Shown: in pieces, positions 31,511 to 45,973 of the stretch
Numbering within the stretch: position 1 is the stretch's first letter
Layout of the letters: each line of letters starts with the position of its first letter
Source: the human T2T-CHM13v2.0 reference genome, Homo sapiens
NCBI RefSeq assembly: GCF_009914755.1
Contig: NC_060929.1
Reading direction: 5' to 3' (one strand)
Length of the DNA stretch: 64,000 nucleotides
Made by a program: the position numbers and the translations under genes
Notes under the pieces: generated by a model
Seen by the model: the letters and a program-made list of their open reading frames with translations, nothing else
What the model was told of the DNA's origin: nothing
Databases searched by the model: none

Positions 31511-33231
31511 ATGAACATGGGGATTTTACTGTGTGCAGGAAGGAGGGGCTGAGGACACCCTTGAGGCCTCCCCAGCAGTGCCTGTTTCTCCGGGCTCAGG
31601 GTTATCAGGTAGCTCTTGGGACGTGCTTGGACCTGTCTCTGGTTCAATTAAGTAGAAACATTCCATCAGCATCCTAGCCAGCCTGTCTTCATCCGTGGCT
31701 CCCACCAAGCCAGATGTAAAGAATCGCTGGACTTCTACCTCCCAACATCACTCTCTCTGTCCTTCACAATATGCAGTCCCAGAGCTCAGAGACTGACTGG
31801 ATTACAGCCTTCCTAATTCAATTTCCTTGGAGTTTTCTCTCTGAGGAGCTCAGTGCTCTGAACTGTGAACTTACCAAGTTTTGCTTGTTTGTGTGTCTGT
31901 GTTTTTATAAGAGCATTTCATAACTCAGACCTCAGTCTCCACTTGTGAAGAGTGTAGAGCAGGACGTGGTCTGAGCCTTTTCCCTCTCCTCCTGCAACCT
32001 GAACAGGCCTGGCCAAGGCCACGTATATGATTCAGCACCTAAGGATGGACCACATGAATGAGCCTGTGTACTTGAACAGGCTCCAGATCCCCTCCCCTGC
32101 ATGCACCACCCCACTCTGCTTGGCCATGGCAGTGGACACTAGAGTGGCTCTCCTTCTGACCCAAAGAACTTCTGTGGCCTCTCTAGGTAGTAACTCAGGC
32201 CCTGATGCTGTCTTACGGCTGCCCCTTGCTTGCCACCTCGTTTATCTTGGGGGAGGTAGTACACTTCCCCTAAGAAAGGATCAAGTTTTCAGGTGGGGCT
32301 GAGAGATGACGGGAGCAAGTGACCACAACATGGACAGCCAGAAAGACCCCAGAGTTCTAAGCATTGCGTGTAGGAGTCAGGGATGCCATTCTGGGCCCAG
32401 AGCTGCTGAAAAATGGAGATTTTACTTCAACAAGGCACCAGAGCCAAGGCTGGGGCCCCACAGACCTAACCCACACTTCCTCCTCATTCCTACTCTCACT
32501 CTTTCCATCCAGAACTTTGTAGGGGTCCTTGGTTGGGGGCTGCACAGGTTGCTGCTGTGGGCCTTTCTAGGCTGGGGTTTACTGATCAATTGCCTTGAGC
32601 CAGTGCCACCCCCTCATGGAAGCAGCTGTGCCCCTCAGAGCCCACAGCTGCCAGGCAACAGGATGGCTACACAGCTGCCTACAAAGCACCTATGATTTTT
32701 TTTACTGAGCACCAAATCCAAATTCCTATTAGACTCAACTCTCAATTACACAGAAATACTCTAACCCAGAGGGAGAACCTCAAATAATCACAAACTGCTG
32801 ATGATCCAAAAACCTGCCACACAGAGCCTAAGAAACCAATGAGGGCTTTGATTTTTCTTTTTCTTTTTTTTTTTTTTTTAACACTAAGTGGTTTTGTGAT
32901 TGAGCAGGCCTTGTGCTGTCATCAAAGTGAGCCCGCCAGGAGGCACCACGTAGGGAGTCGCAGGCGAGGAACAGCTACAAAGGAACCCACTGCCAGCAGA
33001 ACATCAAGGCTCTGCCCAACTGGGTCTTTGGGAAAATCTGTGTTTATCTCACCCAATCAGAGGGAGAGTCAGATCTGAACTTCACCCACCCTGACAGGAG
33101 AATTTCTGAGATGAGTAGAAATCATGCAACTGGGTCTTTCTCCATCATTAAGCCAGCCATCCCACAGCGTAACCTAGGAGCCCGCCTAAATCTTCAAGGG
33201 TCCTCAGGAAAGGCCTAGGCCCTCGGAGGAA

Positions 33232-33452
33232 AAGCTCATGTTTACTGAGCACCAACCACGTCCCAGGCACTGTGCTAAACACGTTGCATACACAATCTCC
33301 TTTAATACACGATCTCCTTTAATCTTTACAATAATACCTTCCTTCTGTGGAGAAGGTACAAATTTGCTGCACAAATGAAGAAACTCAGGCTCAGAGAGGT
33401 TAAGTAGCCCACCAAAGAGCTCCCAGCTAGTAAGGAGGAGAACTGAGATCAT
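33232..33452 (-). mobile_element. MIR SINE
   Basis: cacaaatgaagaaactcaggctcagagaggttaagtagcccacc. Confidence 0.75.
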
Positions 33453-33472
33453 AATGAAACATAAGCTCTGTC

Positions 33473-33760
33473 TTTTTTTTTTTTTTTTTGACAGTGTCTT
33501 GCTTTATCACCCAGACAGGAGTGCAATGGTACAAACACAACTCACTGTGCCCTCAATCTCCCAGGCTCAAGCAATCCCACCACCTCAGCCCTGCAAGTAG
33601 CAAGGACCACAAGGGTGCCTGACTAAATTTTGTATTTTTTGTAGAGACAGGGTTTTGCCATGTTGCCCAGGCTGGTCTCAAGAGTCGTGCACTCAAGCAA
33701 TCTACCCACCTTGGCCTCCCAAAGTGCTGCGATTACAGGCATGCACCACCACACCCAGTC
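33473..33760 (-). mobile_element. Alu (AluJ-like, diverged)
   Basis: caggctcaagcaatcc and gtagagacagggttttgccatgttgcccagg; TSD gaaacataagctct. Confidence 0.92.
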
Positions 33761-34510
33761 CGAAACATAAGCTCTTAAGTTCTAAGTGATACCCCCTTAG
33801 ACAGGTGGAAGACAGTTGTCTCAAGTTCCTTACACCTGGGATTGACACATCAAACTCTAAGAGTGGGGCAGGCATTCTCTCCTATAAGCACATGTCTTAA
33901 GGCCTGCCCCTGGCCCCACATCTAATCCATAAAGCAATCCAGGCCCATTTTGTTAATCCCTCGATCTTGATATTAAAATACATATGACACTCAAACCCAT
34001 ACCCCCAGCCTGGCCCAGATAGTGTGTGCCAACCCGCCCCCACTCCTCACCGCAGGCCACGTGTTGTTGACCTGCTGATTGAAATAATGCAGTTAGGGGA
34101 TACAGAAAATCCATTCCACGTGGTGCCATCTGCATTCTCTTCTGACAGCTAATTTGATTGGTGCTCTGTAATCAATAAAGCACTCACGCAGCAGCCAGAT
34201 CATTCACCTCGATTTTTTCTACACCATTTATAAGAACACTCCCTCTCCTGCGTCTGCCAGTGGCCAGGGGCAGGTGGCAAGCCTCTGAAAAGCAAGCTCA
34301 TGAAATGGTGGAGAATGGACTAAAGGTGTGTTGGTGCTGGATCCACAGGGCCATTTCCTACTTCTGGGTGGCTGTTCTTCTTGGCTGGAAGCAACGGCAT
34401 CCACCCTGGTAGATGCCAGCCTAGAAGGGTTAGGTAGCCCCGTGCAGGACCATCTGGGCAGAATCTGAATCCTAATCTTTCCTTTTATGGGAGAGTTTGA
34501 AGTCAGCCTC

Positions 34511-34580
34511 TGGATGGATGGATGGATGGATGGATGGATGGATGGATGGATGGGAGGGTGAATGGATGAATGAATTGATG
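34511..34580. repeat. (TGGA)n simple repeat
   Basis: About 10 perfect units, then degenerate. Confidence 0.95.
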
Positions 34581-34760
34581 GGCAGGTGGGTATATTGCAA
34601 GCATATGAAACACCAAAGGAGAGGAAAAGAGAGCAAGGGTAACCAGGCAAAAAAGAGAATGGGTTGGCATAACTAGAATGAATAGAAGACACCCCCACCA
34701 ACAACTGCTAATAGGTTTCCAGACACGCCTATGCCGATGACACAATCCTGGTCAACCAAG

Positions 34761-35178
34761 TGTCTTAAACCATATTCCCAGAAGCAGAACCTAAGGCAGG
34801 GATTTGGATTTATGTGATTTACTGAGCAAATATTATCAAGAAAGGGGGATGAAAGAGCAAGATGGGTAGAACAAGGGCATGGTTGCAGCTGGAGTCTGGC
34901 TGCAGCCAACTCTGTGGCATGCTCTGAAGCACAAACTGCCCCTCAAGGCCAGCCCCACCTTGAGGAAAGTGGCCTGGCCTTTTGTGCCTTCTTGTTATTC
35001 AGTCACTGGCTATGGACTGTCTCCCCATGCAAGAGTGCAGGAAGTGGGAAAACTTTCTCGGCAGAGGGTGATTCCTAGAGAACCGCAGCCTGTGAGCAGC
35101 AACCACCCATAGCAGCCAGGGAATGGGAGCGGGGGCAAGAAAAGTGGCCAAGACAAGACCAAGAGCATCCACTACATC
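34761..35178 (-). mobile_element. Ancient ERVL-class LTR (LTR16/LTR33-like)
   Basis: tgtcttaaaccatattcccagaagcagaacctaaggcagggatt...gcatccactaca. Confidence 0.6.
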
Positions 35179-35332
35179 ACACAATGAACAGCAAGAGCCA
35201 GAAAGCCCTAAGAGAACACAGAGGCCTCTCTGCCCAAGTGGGAAACATGAGGCTCAAGGTTGTCACAGTAAAACTCATGTATCCACACTCCCCGCACTGT
35301 GCTGTGGCCTGAGGCACTTCCTTTGTCCACAG

Positions 35333-35712
35333 GCCATGCACTCAAAAGCTAACACAGAATGGCACAAGGAGTCAGTGGGGCCTCTCCCTGCCAGCTCTCA
35401 TGACCGAGGGCAGTGTAAAACATGGTTTAGGAGATGTTTCTATCCTCAAGAAGACATTCAGCACCAGGCTTCAGAACTCAGATTGGTTTCTCACCACTTT
35501 GAAAGACTGCATGACTCTTCACCCACTAGAGGCATCACCTCCCCAGGACAAACAGCCCTCCATCATGAAGGACCAACATTGCATGAACTGGTGCTTGGCC
35601 CCACCAGAGGGAAATGCAAACGTGGCATTTAGCCCATATGGCTTTCTTGCATGGGGTCACTACATCAGTGCCATGGACCCCTGCACCCTCTTACCCTTGG
35701 CGGGTCCACATG
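35333..35712 (+). CDS. Candidate exon B of putative spliced ORF
   Basis: Acceptor cttcctttgtccacag|G; donor ATG|GTGACA. 380 nt open (PCTQKLTQNG...MTEGSVKHG...LLPLAGPH), includes ORF 35400. Confidence 0.35.
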
Positions 35713-36764
35713 GTGACACAGCAGCTCATTAATTTGAACACAAACATAGTCAATCATCCTGATGGTTGGCCACATGATGCCAAGAAACTAGCAGGGCCGC
35801 CCTGTGGAGTATGCTGAGCAGACTGACATGTGGCCAGGTACACCCAGCCACCATCAAAAGTGTCATCTCATGCCCCCAAACCCCAGCTTCCCAAAGCCCT
35901 GATGGCATCATTGACACTGGCTAAGCACAGACATTTACAACCACAAGGAAGATGTATACAGAGAGAGAAAAAAATCAATGTCCTTCAAATTAAAAGGGAG
36001 GTGATATATAAGGAAACAAAAGCTATTTTCAAGATTGGTGACAGAGACACCTACATAACTGGAGGAAGTGAAAGCTCAGATGTAACTGTCACTGGGCATC
36101 CTTTCAGCAGTAACACCAAGTTGGTAATACAGAGCAGTATACTGACGTATGTGGGTACCTGTTATCCCTCAACCATGAAAGGTCCTCAGCTCTCGGAGGG
36201 CTGACCCTAAGGAGACAGAGAGGTGGAAAGGACACCGTGGCAAAACCAGATAATAGGCAGAACAAGCTACTGAAAATTAAACTGTTTCCTCCTCTGGAGG
36301 CTGAGGAGGTGTGAGGGGGTTAGTGCTTTCATCTGATCCTATGAACTGGAGACCCATGTGGGCTCTGTGGTGTCCCTGAAGGAACAAGGAGCATAGCAGG
36401 CTGGGGGTGTTCAGGCAGAGTGCCTGCCTGAATGACAGGAGCGCGCGGTGGAGATCAAAGTCCCCGGACTGCCTGGTGACGTCTTTCAGGCAGATCTACC
36501 GTCATCCCGCCGGAAAGTCATCCCCGGGTGTGACTGTTTGTGGCTTTTCAATTCTCTGAGATTAGCAAAGAAAATATTTGAATATTTCTTTCATTTAGGG
36601 GAAAAACAAGAGCCTATCAAAGCAATCATCTCTCCTAGGAAGAAATATACCAGGGAAAAAAATTCCTTCTGCCTCTCAGGAGAAAAAAATCTAAGTACAG
36701 CTCAGACTCAGGGAGCCCTGGGCTGTTGTTGAAGGTGGGAAAGACCTGAGAGACTGCAGAGTCC

Positions 36765-37225
36765 AAGCTCTCATTTCGTAAGTGAGGCAGCTGAGACTAG
36801 GAGAAGGCAAAGACCCAAGGTCTTAAGGTGTATTAACGACAAGAACAGACCTGGAACCCAGGAATTTGGACAGCATTTCTTGAGAAAAACCTGTAAAAAT
36901 ATTCAAACTCTTTGTCGTTGGAAAATCCTCACCTTGCAATATGTATAACATAGTGGTTCTGGTACGGTACCTTTAAATGCATGGATTTGGAGTCACAGAC
37001 CAGGGGCTGAACTGCTGGTTCTACTGTTTGCTGCCTTTGTGACTCTAGGCAAATCCATTCACTTCTCTGTACCTTGGTTTCTCTACCTGTACGAAAAGAT
37101 TGATGATGATGGAAGATAACAATTTCAGGGATTTGTGCAAAAACTAAATAATGCAATTCACATGAAGTGATTAACATATTGTCTTCTCTAAGATCTAATG
37201 GTAAATTCTCAAATAAATGGTAGCC
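36765..37225. mobile_element. Two MIR fragments (minus 36765-36870; plus 36975-37225)
   Basis: MIR core motifs in opposite orientations. Confidence 0.65.
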
Positions 37226-37334
37226 GCTGCTATTTAGGAACCTAAGCTCTTTTCATTATAATTATCTGTAAACAAGATACTAGCAGGCAAAGCTATGGGT
37301 AAACTCAGCCATGTCTTTTTTGTGATGAATATTC

Positions 37335-37765
37335 ATTGCCTGCCTTTCTGAATCTAACCCGCTTTAACAGCTCCTGATTTCCATTTGGTTCCCATACCCC
37401 AAAGATGGAGCTTACGAGCTCCTTCTGTCCACCAGCAATTGGTTCAGGAATAGTCAGGTGACCCCAGCCAGTCCAGTCAAAGTGAATCTCAGGGACTGCT
37501 GGGAAAATTGAGATATAAATGTTTCTACTCCCTGCCAGACATAGAGGAAGAAGCCCACGGCCCTAGGAGTGGCTGGCAGCCAGCGGAGGCCCATCTAGGA
37601 AAGAAACTGTCTTTGGTGACATCATTCAGTTCCTGGATCAGTCCTCACCTGAACTTACATCTGGACTTTTTTATTCACTGAACCAGCACATTTCCTTCAT
37701 GCTTTAAAGCCAGTTTGATTGGGAGGAGGGAGGGGAGTCACCTGCAACCCAAAGATTCATAACCA
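37335..37765 (+). mobile_element. Old MaLR LTR (MLT1J/K-like)
   Basis: ctggacttttttattcactgaaccagcacatttccttc...ttaaagccagtttg...cacctgcaacccaaaga. Confidence 0.65.
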
Positions 37766-40700
37766 TCATGATGATCTTAAATGCCAAAGCCACATCTTCC
37801 CCTTTTCTAAGTTGGAACTTCTGTAAGCACCGTTGAAACTACTGTGTTTATTAAAAACAAGCCTCATGGAATCCACTCGTTCCTCTAAGACCCCAGTCAG
37901 GACCATGATTCTGTGGTTTCTAGTCCTTGCGTCAGGGATGAGCCCAGCTCCTGCTGTGTGATAAGCGCCCCATGTAATCCAGGCTCTGTGATTCCGTAGC
38001 CCACAGCCCCCGCTGTGCCGCATGGTGCTGCAGACAAGGCTGTCACTAGGCACCACGACATCCCTTTGTAGGTCCTGCCCTGGTACAGAGTGTGTGGGCG
38101 ATGACACCATTGAGCAGAGGCAGCTGTGACTAAACTCATCTCTTTGCTCCGGTGGAAATCAAAGCTCTGTCTGCTCACCCTTCTTCCCTGGAAGCATAAT
38201 ATTACACCACCCAGGACAAAAAGCCATATCATCAGCTTTACACATTTTCCTCCATCTGTATCCCCCTTTCTGCCATTCAGGTTGAATGCAAGCAGGCATG
38301 CACTGGACTAAGATGCACCCTTCCTGCTCACTGAAGTGTCGGTGGGACGTGGGAACTCGGAACAATTTCCTTAGAGTATTTTAAAGATTCCACTTGGGTT
38401 TCCATGGTGATTTTACAGAGCCAACACTCAGCAAGTGTTTGCTGGATTGAACGTATTGAAAAGTAAAGTGAATTGGATACTCCCATACCTGGTCTGCATC
38501 ACCATAGAAAACTACCTGGTCCATCAAAGGGACAGGCTGGGAGTTGGAGGCAAGGAACTGCTATCAGCCATGGGATCAAGGCTGTTTGTTTTCAGGAATG
38601 AGGAGCCGGATCTGGCCTTCTTCCCGTCTGTGCCAGGAAGATGACATCCTGTCAGAAACCAAGGGTGCTTATTTTAGAAACAAAAACCTATTTTTAAAAA
38701 GAGACACTCACTGCTAGCCCATCCTGCCATGAGCAGAAAGGTTTCCAGAGTGAGGGCACTTGCTCCTCAGCACAGGCAAAGCCCTTTCAATGGAAATACG
38801 CCAAGGGCCTTCTATGGACCCAGCTTCCCTTCCCACTGGATGATCCTCAAGCTTTGCCTTTATTGGAAAATGTTTTAGACCCAGATTAGAATTTAACAGG
38901 CAAAACAGCTGAATAAGGGCAAAAGTGAAAAGCCACCAGCTCTAGCAGGGAATCAATAGCACATAATTCAATAAGCACATAAGAAGTCAGCCACAGAAGC
39001 TGCTGGTGGGGGGTAGAGGGCTGTGTAAAATTTATAAATCCACACATAGTGTATATATAGATTAATGTTCTTTTAGCCAGAGACCCAAATAGACACAAAT
39101 GTTGCCTTCCCTAAGCGGGCCAAGTATAGCAGGTGGGCTGAATTGCAAATGAACTAGATCCTTGGCAGAAAAGTGGAATTATACAGGGATTCCAGGTTGC
39201 CCTTTGACCTCTTGGCCTCATCAGATTCATTCATAAAAACTTTGCCCAGGGCCAGAGCTGCCTGGTAGATTCATCCACAAACCAACTTCCATTCCATTTG
39301 CTAAAACTGCCACTTGTCAGCTTTGTTAAAACTACGAACTGTCATTTTGTCAATAGGTACAGCCCATTTCTGAGGTTAGATCGATTCCAGAACAAAGTTT
39401 TGAGTGACAACATTACCCCTGCAGGGGTTCCAGGAGCTTTTGCTTTTGCGTCCCCCTCACGTTAATGACAAACAAGTTCCCCGTGATGGATATACCTGCA
39501 ATTAATATTGAAGGGACAGTTAATGATTTCAAGGCACCACGATACAGGCCTCATATTTCAAATTTAAAACTCTCCTTTCAAAGAAGGACTCATTTTCAAA
39601 GCCTAGAAATGAATGCTAATAAATTAGGCAAAACAAGTTTTTTAACGCCTGAGAAAATAAAACAAAGAAAATTAATATTAAGGACTCCACTCAGTTGAGA
39701 CAGCCCTATTATCCTTGAAAACCTCACAATGAGGCTTTGTCCTAGAGGATGTCTTGTCACCATGTTTCAAAAGATTTGAGATCTGCAAATCATGGATTCA
39801 AAAGCAAACAATATATTACTCTGAAGATCACATCAGTTAGCAAGCACACTTTAGTACGTGTGTGATTCTCTTTCTCTTTTTTAGCCTAGTGGAGATTATA
39901 AACAAAAGTTCATGAAACTACGTGGTCCTGTCCTTCTCTCAGATGGGCATGAGCAGACAGCTATTTCTACATTTCTTAGGAAGGAAAACTGAAAACTTAC
40001 AAAGCAAAAAAAATGTACTTTATATCTGAATCATGTAAATCAGTTTGTCTTCCGAATCTGGAAAAGTGCTTTCCAGAAATAGTGAGCAGAAAGGTTTCCA
40101 GAGTGAGGGGACTCACTCTGGATAGAAAAAATAATTTTTTCTCAGACAGAAAAAATAATTTCTGGCTCAGAAAGCCAGACAAACTGCTCACAATGACCAA
40201 ATGAAACACCAATTACAAGCTAAATGAACAAGAACCAGAATAGACAGAAACTGGTATTGCAAAAAAGACATTGCCACTATACAAAAAAAGCGATTCCATT
40301 TTCACCAAGAAAGCAAAGAGAAACTGGAAAGACATTTAGGTCTATCCTAATTGTCTAAATGTTTTTGCCTAAAACAGCAAATCTAACCATTGAAAATAAC
40401 AGTAGCCAATCATTGCCCACTGCTAAACTGCCTGGTTTAGCTCTGAGAATACCGGGCAGATGAGAGAATACTCATTCAGGATATTTATCCAGAGGGATGA
40501 AGTAACAAGCATACTTAAGTATGCTTGCTAACTGGCCCAGGCATCCTGACGGGCTTGGAGGAAATGCCCCCAATGACTCCTCCTGGCCACCAGGGGCACT
40601 GTGAGGGGAGATGAGAAGCTTCTCTTCGGCCATAGAGCACCCAGCCTAGAGGCCATGGCTGATGGCCTCATGCCACCCCGCCTGTTGTTTCTATTGCTGT

Positions 40701-41486
40701 AAGGTGGACTTTCTCCTGCAGGCCTACTTTGGTGCCTGGGACCTCCTGCCCTTTGCAGCAGTGGGTACAGTGAAGGCAGGGCTGAGAAACCAAGGGCACA
40801 GGGGCAGATCAATGCACTAAATTTGCCAAGGAAATTATTCTTAATTAAAAAATTTAAGTTTTCCTTCCTAACTTCAGCTAGCTTTGGCAGGCCTGTGGAA
40901 GCTAAAGTACTACCCCAGCGAACCCAAATCCAGTGATTCTATCAGAGCTGTGGCACCCGGTAATTTAGTGACCCTTTATTGAAATGCTAATCAATCCTGA
41001 TGGCAAATCCCATAACCCAAAGTAAGAACTGTTAGTAGCAACCTCTCATTGTACAGAGACCTCGGGTTCTCCCAGATTCAATGCTCACAAAAAATTGGCT
41101 CAGCCTACCCACCCCAGCTAGAAGTATGAATCCAACATGAGGCTCCCAAAGTCTATTATTGCCAATTAAAAAAACAGGTTAAGAGAGTATGTAAACCAAA
41201 CTAGATTATGTAATCAGGCTCTAATAAGATCAGCGATTAGAGAATGAATCTGGGTTAATTTTCTTTTTATTTTATTAGCACCTAAAGAGCTGCTGGGAAA
41301 CTTCTCTGTGTCCTTGGTTGTCTCCTCCCTCTTCTCCCTATCTTCTGACCTCACCTACGTCCTGAGGGCAGCTGGGAGTGGGGCTGGTGTTGGACTGGCT
41401 CTGGAGGATGGTTTTAGACAGTGATCCGGTGGGTGATGGGTGGGGATCAAATGGCTGATATACTCAGTTTTGAAAACCCAAACCCA

Positions 41487-41803
<317 letters not shown>

Positions 41804-41849
41804 TCAACCAACTGCTCCCTGCCCTTGTGAAGTCGCTGGGAGGAATTTA

Positions 41850-42343
<494 letters not shown>

Positions 42344-44035
42344 TCAGGCCTTCCTAAGGTGGGGGCAGCAGCCCCAACCCCTTCTACTCAAGCATTTGGA
42401 AGGGAAGAGAAGGCAGAAAGAGAGAGAGAGCGTTGAGAATAGAAGCGAGAGAATTCCAAGAGCAGCTCTCTCATAACAGTCAGGGCCAGAGACACAAAGC
42501 CCAGAGATGCAAACCTAGGGGGATTTGGGTAAAGAGCAGATGCATGAAACTATGAACATATACCCACCCTCTCAAGGATAGGACAATTGGTGCCTCGGGC
42601 AGGAGGACATGCAGGTCAGAGGCAGAGGAAGCTCTCTGGGAGTGGGTTGGTTGTGGGTAGATAATAGGTTAGAAGAGTTGATCTTAACCAGTTAGTGCTC
42701 AGACAGAAGCCACTGACTGGGCTTTGAATCCCTTAAGGAATGCAGTGATGAATGAACATCAGAGAAGTGGCACTGGGAACCGGGGACAGGGGTACAGTTT
42801 AGGGAAGTAGCAAATGAGAAGCCAAAGTGGATGGAGTTAAGGCATGGGTACACTTTCTTGGAGGGATTCAGAAAGCATAGACTTCTGAGTGACCAGGCTT
42901 CACTCTGAGACCAGCCTGAGGGTTTCCAGCCAGTGCCACCAACCAGCCTATTATTTTGTATGAATCAGAAAATATGATGCCCCTAGGCAGATACAGCCCC
43001 AAGGGCACACAGTTGCTATTGCAGTGAAGACTGGATTTCAGCCATTTGCTCCCGCAGCTGAACCCCTTTGGGCAGTGCACAACCTGTTCAAGAGTCCAGC
43101 TGTTCAGTGAAATAACAGCCATGGGCTGAAAGCAAGAACCAAGGCCCACACACATGTTGCTGACACCTAATAACATGTTCACATTTTGCCCTTTCCAAAG
43201 CCTCCCACACCCTTATCTCCTATGGAAGGGATAAAGCAGGGATTACTGGCCTGTTTCACTGAAGAGGGGACAGAGCTGGAACCAGCCTTGTAGCATGTAT
43301 CTGGCAGTCAAGCTCTTCCCTCCCACGATCACTGCCACCCTTCTCAGTCCTGTTGTGAGGTGGAGGTGTCAGAAATAAAAGCATCGCATCATCACTGAAT
43401 CACCCTGAGCCTTAGAAATGACTTGAGTAGGGTTTAGGGCAGAAATGTTTAAGCCAGGTATTATAACAGCTCAAGTGACATTGTGAAAATCTCATAAGAA
43501 AATTTTTTTAATCCACTTCCTTCTTAAGTTAAATGTGTTCTGCAGAGGGGAACAGGCCACAGAATCCTCTTCTCTCCAGGGGGCTCCCAATCCAGATCTG
43601 TAGGAATTCACTCCACCATGGTGTGAGCTGACTAAAGGTTAATGGGAGGGGTGAGCTGGGGATGGGAGATGGATAAAATCATATTTTGAGCCAAAAAACA
43701 AGTCAGAGTTAGGTGACCTTTTCACAAAGTGGCACCAAGAGAGGACAATACTGGAAGGTGCAGGACCCAGAGGGACCCTAAGACATCATTTTTCTGGTAG
43801 GCAACCTGACCTACTATCTACGAAATCCAGGGCAAGTGCTTGCTCCATGAAGTAATTATTCAAAAAAGCCCAAAGCAGTGGTGAATTAAAGCAAAATGTT
43901 GGCAGAAGGTGCTTTTTGGAGAATCACTGCACACTTTCTGTGCCCATTTCCTCACTGCCCTGGCCTCTGAGGACATCTGCCATTTATGAAACAAAGAGAT
44001 GTTCTGACTCCCAGCTTCCCTCCCTCCCATCACAG

Positions 44036-44106
44036 CCCAGGCCCCCCAGGGTGTGGCCCCAAAAGTGACAACCAGAGGATTGGGACCAGCAGGAGCATCA
44101 CTGTGG
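44036..44106 (+). CDS. Candidate exon C of putative spliced ORF
   Basis: Acceptor cttccctccctcccatcacag|C; donor TGG|GTGAGG. Encodes (A)QAPQGVAPKVTTRGLGPAGASLW in phase with B and D. Confidence 0.35.
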
Positions 44107-45973
44107 GTGAGGGCAGACGTGCCTCTGAATCACAGGCTCGGGTCAGGGCCCGTGAGGAGAGAGGAGCGCGAGGGAAAACAAGTCCCTAGAGTGGGTACGA
44201 GAAGCCCACCTCCAGGGGCCCAAAGGAGCCCAGCCACCTCCCTGTCCCGGCTCCTAACATGGCCATTGGCCTTAGGGATTCGTCTACTAAAACACCCCCA
44301 GATGTGGGATCCACTGCCGGGCACAGGGTGGGCCTCAATAATGGTCACCCCTATGATTAGTCCTGGAAGCTCTCCCTCCATGGCTGCAGGGCTGGGGCAC
44401 AAAACACCCCTGCCCTCTGCCTGCCACACGTGACCACTGATCTATGCTGACCAAGGTCAGAAGTCTACAGCCCTGAGAACGCATCCCTCCCTCTGCCCAC
44501 TGAGCAGCCTCCCCCACCCAGTACTCCAGTGGGCCACTCTGCACTTCCACTGCAGAAAATAATTTGGATGTCTTCACCCTCCCTGTCCCCCCAGCTTGAC
44601 TCTTATCAAGGCCCTCCCATCCTTCGCCACCCTACGTGCACCCCACCCACCTCTGCATGAAGCTTCTTCTGACCCAGCTCCCTCTCCCCCCAGCCCTCAG
44701 GGTTCTCCCCTACTCAGAAGCCCTACCTGCCAGTCATGCCTGTCCCAAAGGCCCCCAAGCAAGAGTTCTCACTCCATGCTTCTTCGACTCCAAGAAGACC
44801 CCAGGAAACAGGACACAGGCCCTTGCTTCTCACTGAGAGTTTGGCAGGCCTTTCGGGCTAAGAACAAGACATTCTGGAAGAAAATGTCACAGAAGGCAGT
44901 GCACGTTCATCAAAGTCAATACACAGTGTATTTCAGCACCATTTGTCATTCCAGTGGCCTAGTTATCAACTTCCCATCTTGTAAATATATTCCTCTGGAA
45001 GTAAGAACTGTTTCTTTTTGTTATCTAAGGAAATTGTGAAATACTAGTGTTCAATGGAAGAGTTGTCAAATCTGGCTTTGGAGTGCCCCATATAGCAGGA
45101 ATTAAATGTTTTCTTCATCTAGCCATATTGAACAGCCAAGATTGCCATGGCCAGTCATTAGAGAGACAGATGCTCCCACGATCGGTGGGGCGTCTGCAGC
45201 AAGAGGTGCAAATTCCGGTAGCAGATGGAGGGGGAGGGAGCACGGATAATCAAAAACAAACTGGAATTATTGACTGTCTGAGAGGTGTCGGGCAAAATAG
45301 ACTGCACCTAGAATAAATAGTCTTTTTACAAAATGCTTTTGGGAGGTGCAACAGCAATTTCTTCTTTCTCTGCCCAAAGCTGTCTGCCAGAGGGGCACAG
45401 ACCAACTGTTTCTGATGAAGGCTTTTTGGAGTCATGGGTGGGTTTTGGATCTTTATCTTACTGAGTCTGATAAATCAGTTGCTAATGGATCAGACAAAGG
45501 AAGACTCACTGGCAGGTCAGCAACATCATCCCTTCTCCACCGTCTCTGCTGCTAATGGAAGCTGGATGGCAAAGGCTGCCAGAACGCTGGCAGGAATCGT
45601 GCAAGCCCCGCCCTTCCAGGCACACTGGAGATGCTGTCCACCTGAGATGCTAAGCCATAGAAGGTGCTGAAAGGGCAACCAAAAACCTAGACAGGCGAAG
45701 GGATTGGGCCTGCCTTTGCCCAACCTGCTCAAAACACTCTGTCAGGACTGGATCCTTGGTTGTGGGCCTCATTTTGGGTAGAATCTTAAAAACCAAAGGA
45801 GTTATCTATCTCCAGCTTCAAAGAGCGAAGTCAGCAGCTTATGATTAAGCCAGCACTATGGGCCCCTGGCTCAGACCCCTGGGAGTGAGAGAGAGGGCAG
45901 CAAAGGCAACGGGCACTATGGCTGAGCCTATAGGTTTTCCCAGTAACTGCCTGGCCACAATCCCCCTCTCATA

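Noticed and set aside
40582-40600. CTCF-like motif tggccaccaggggcact (weaker ones near 5952 and 34122)
   Set aside because: Core spacing is off by one base and cannot be supported without ChIP data.
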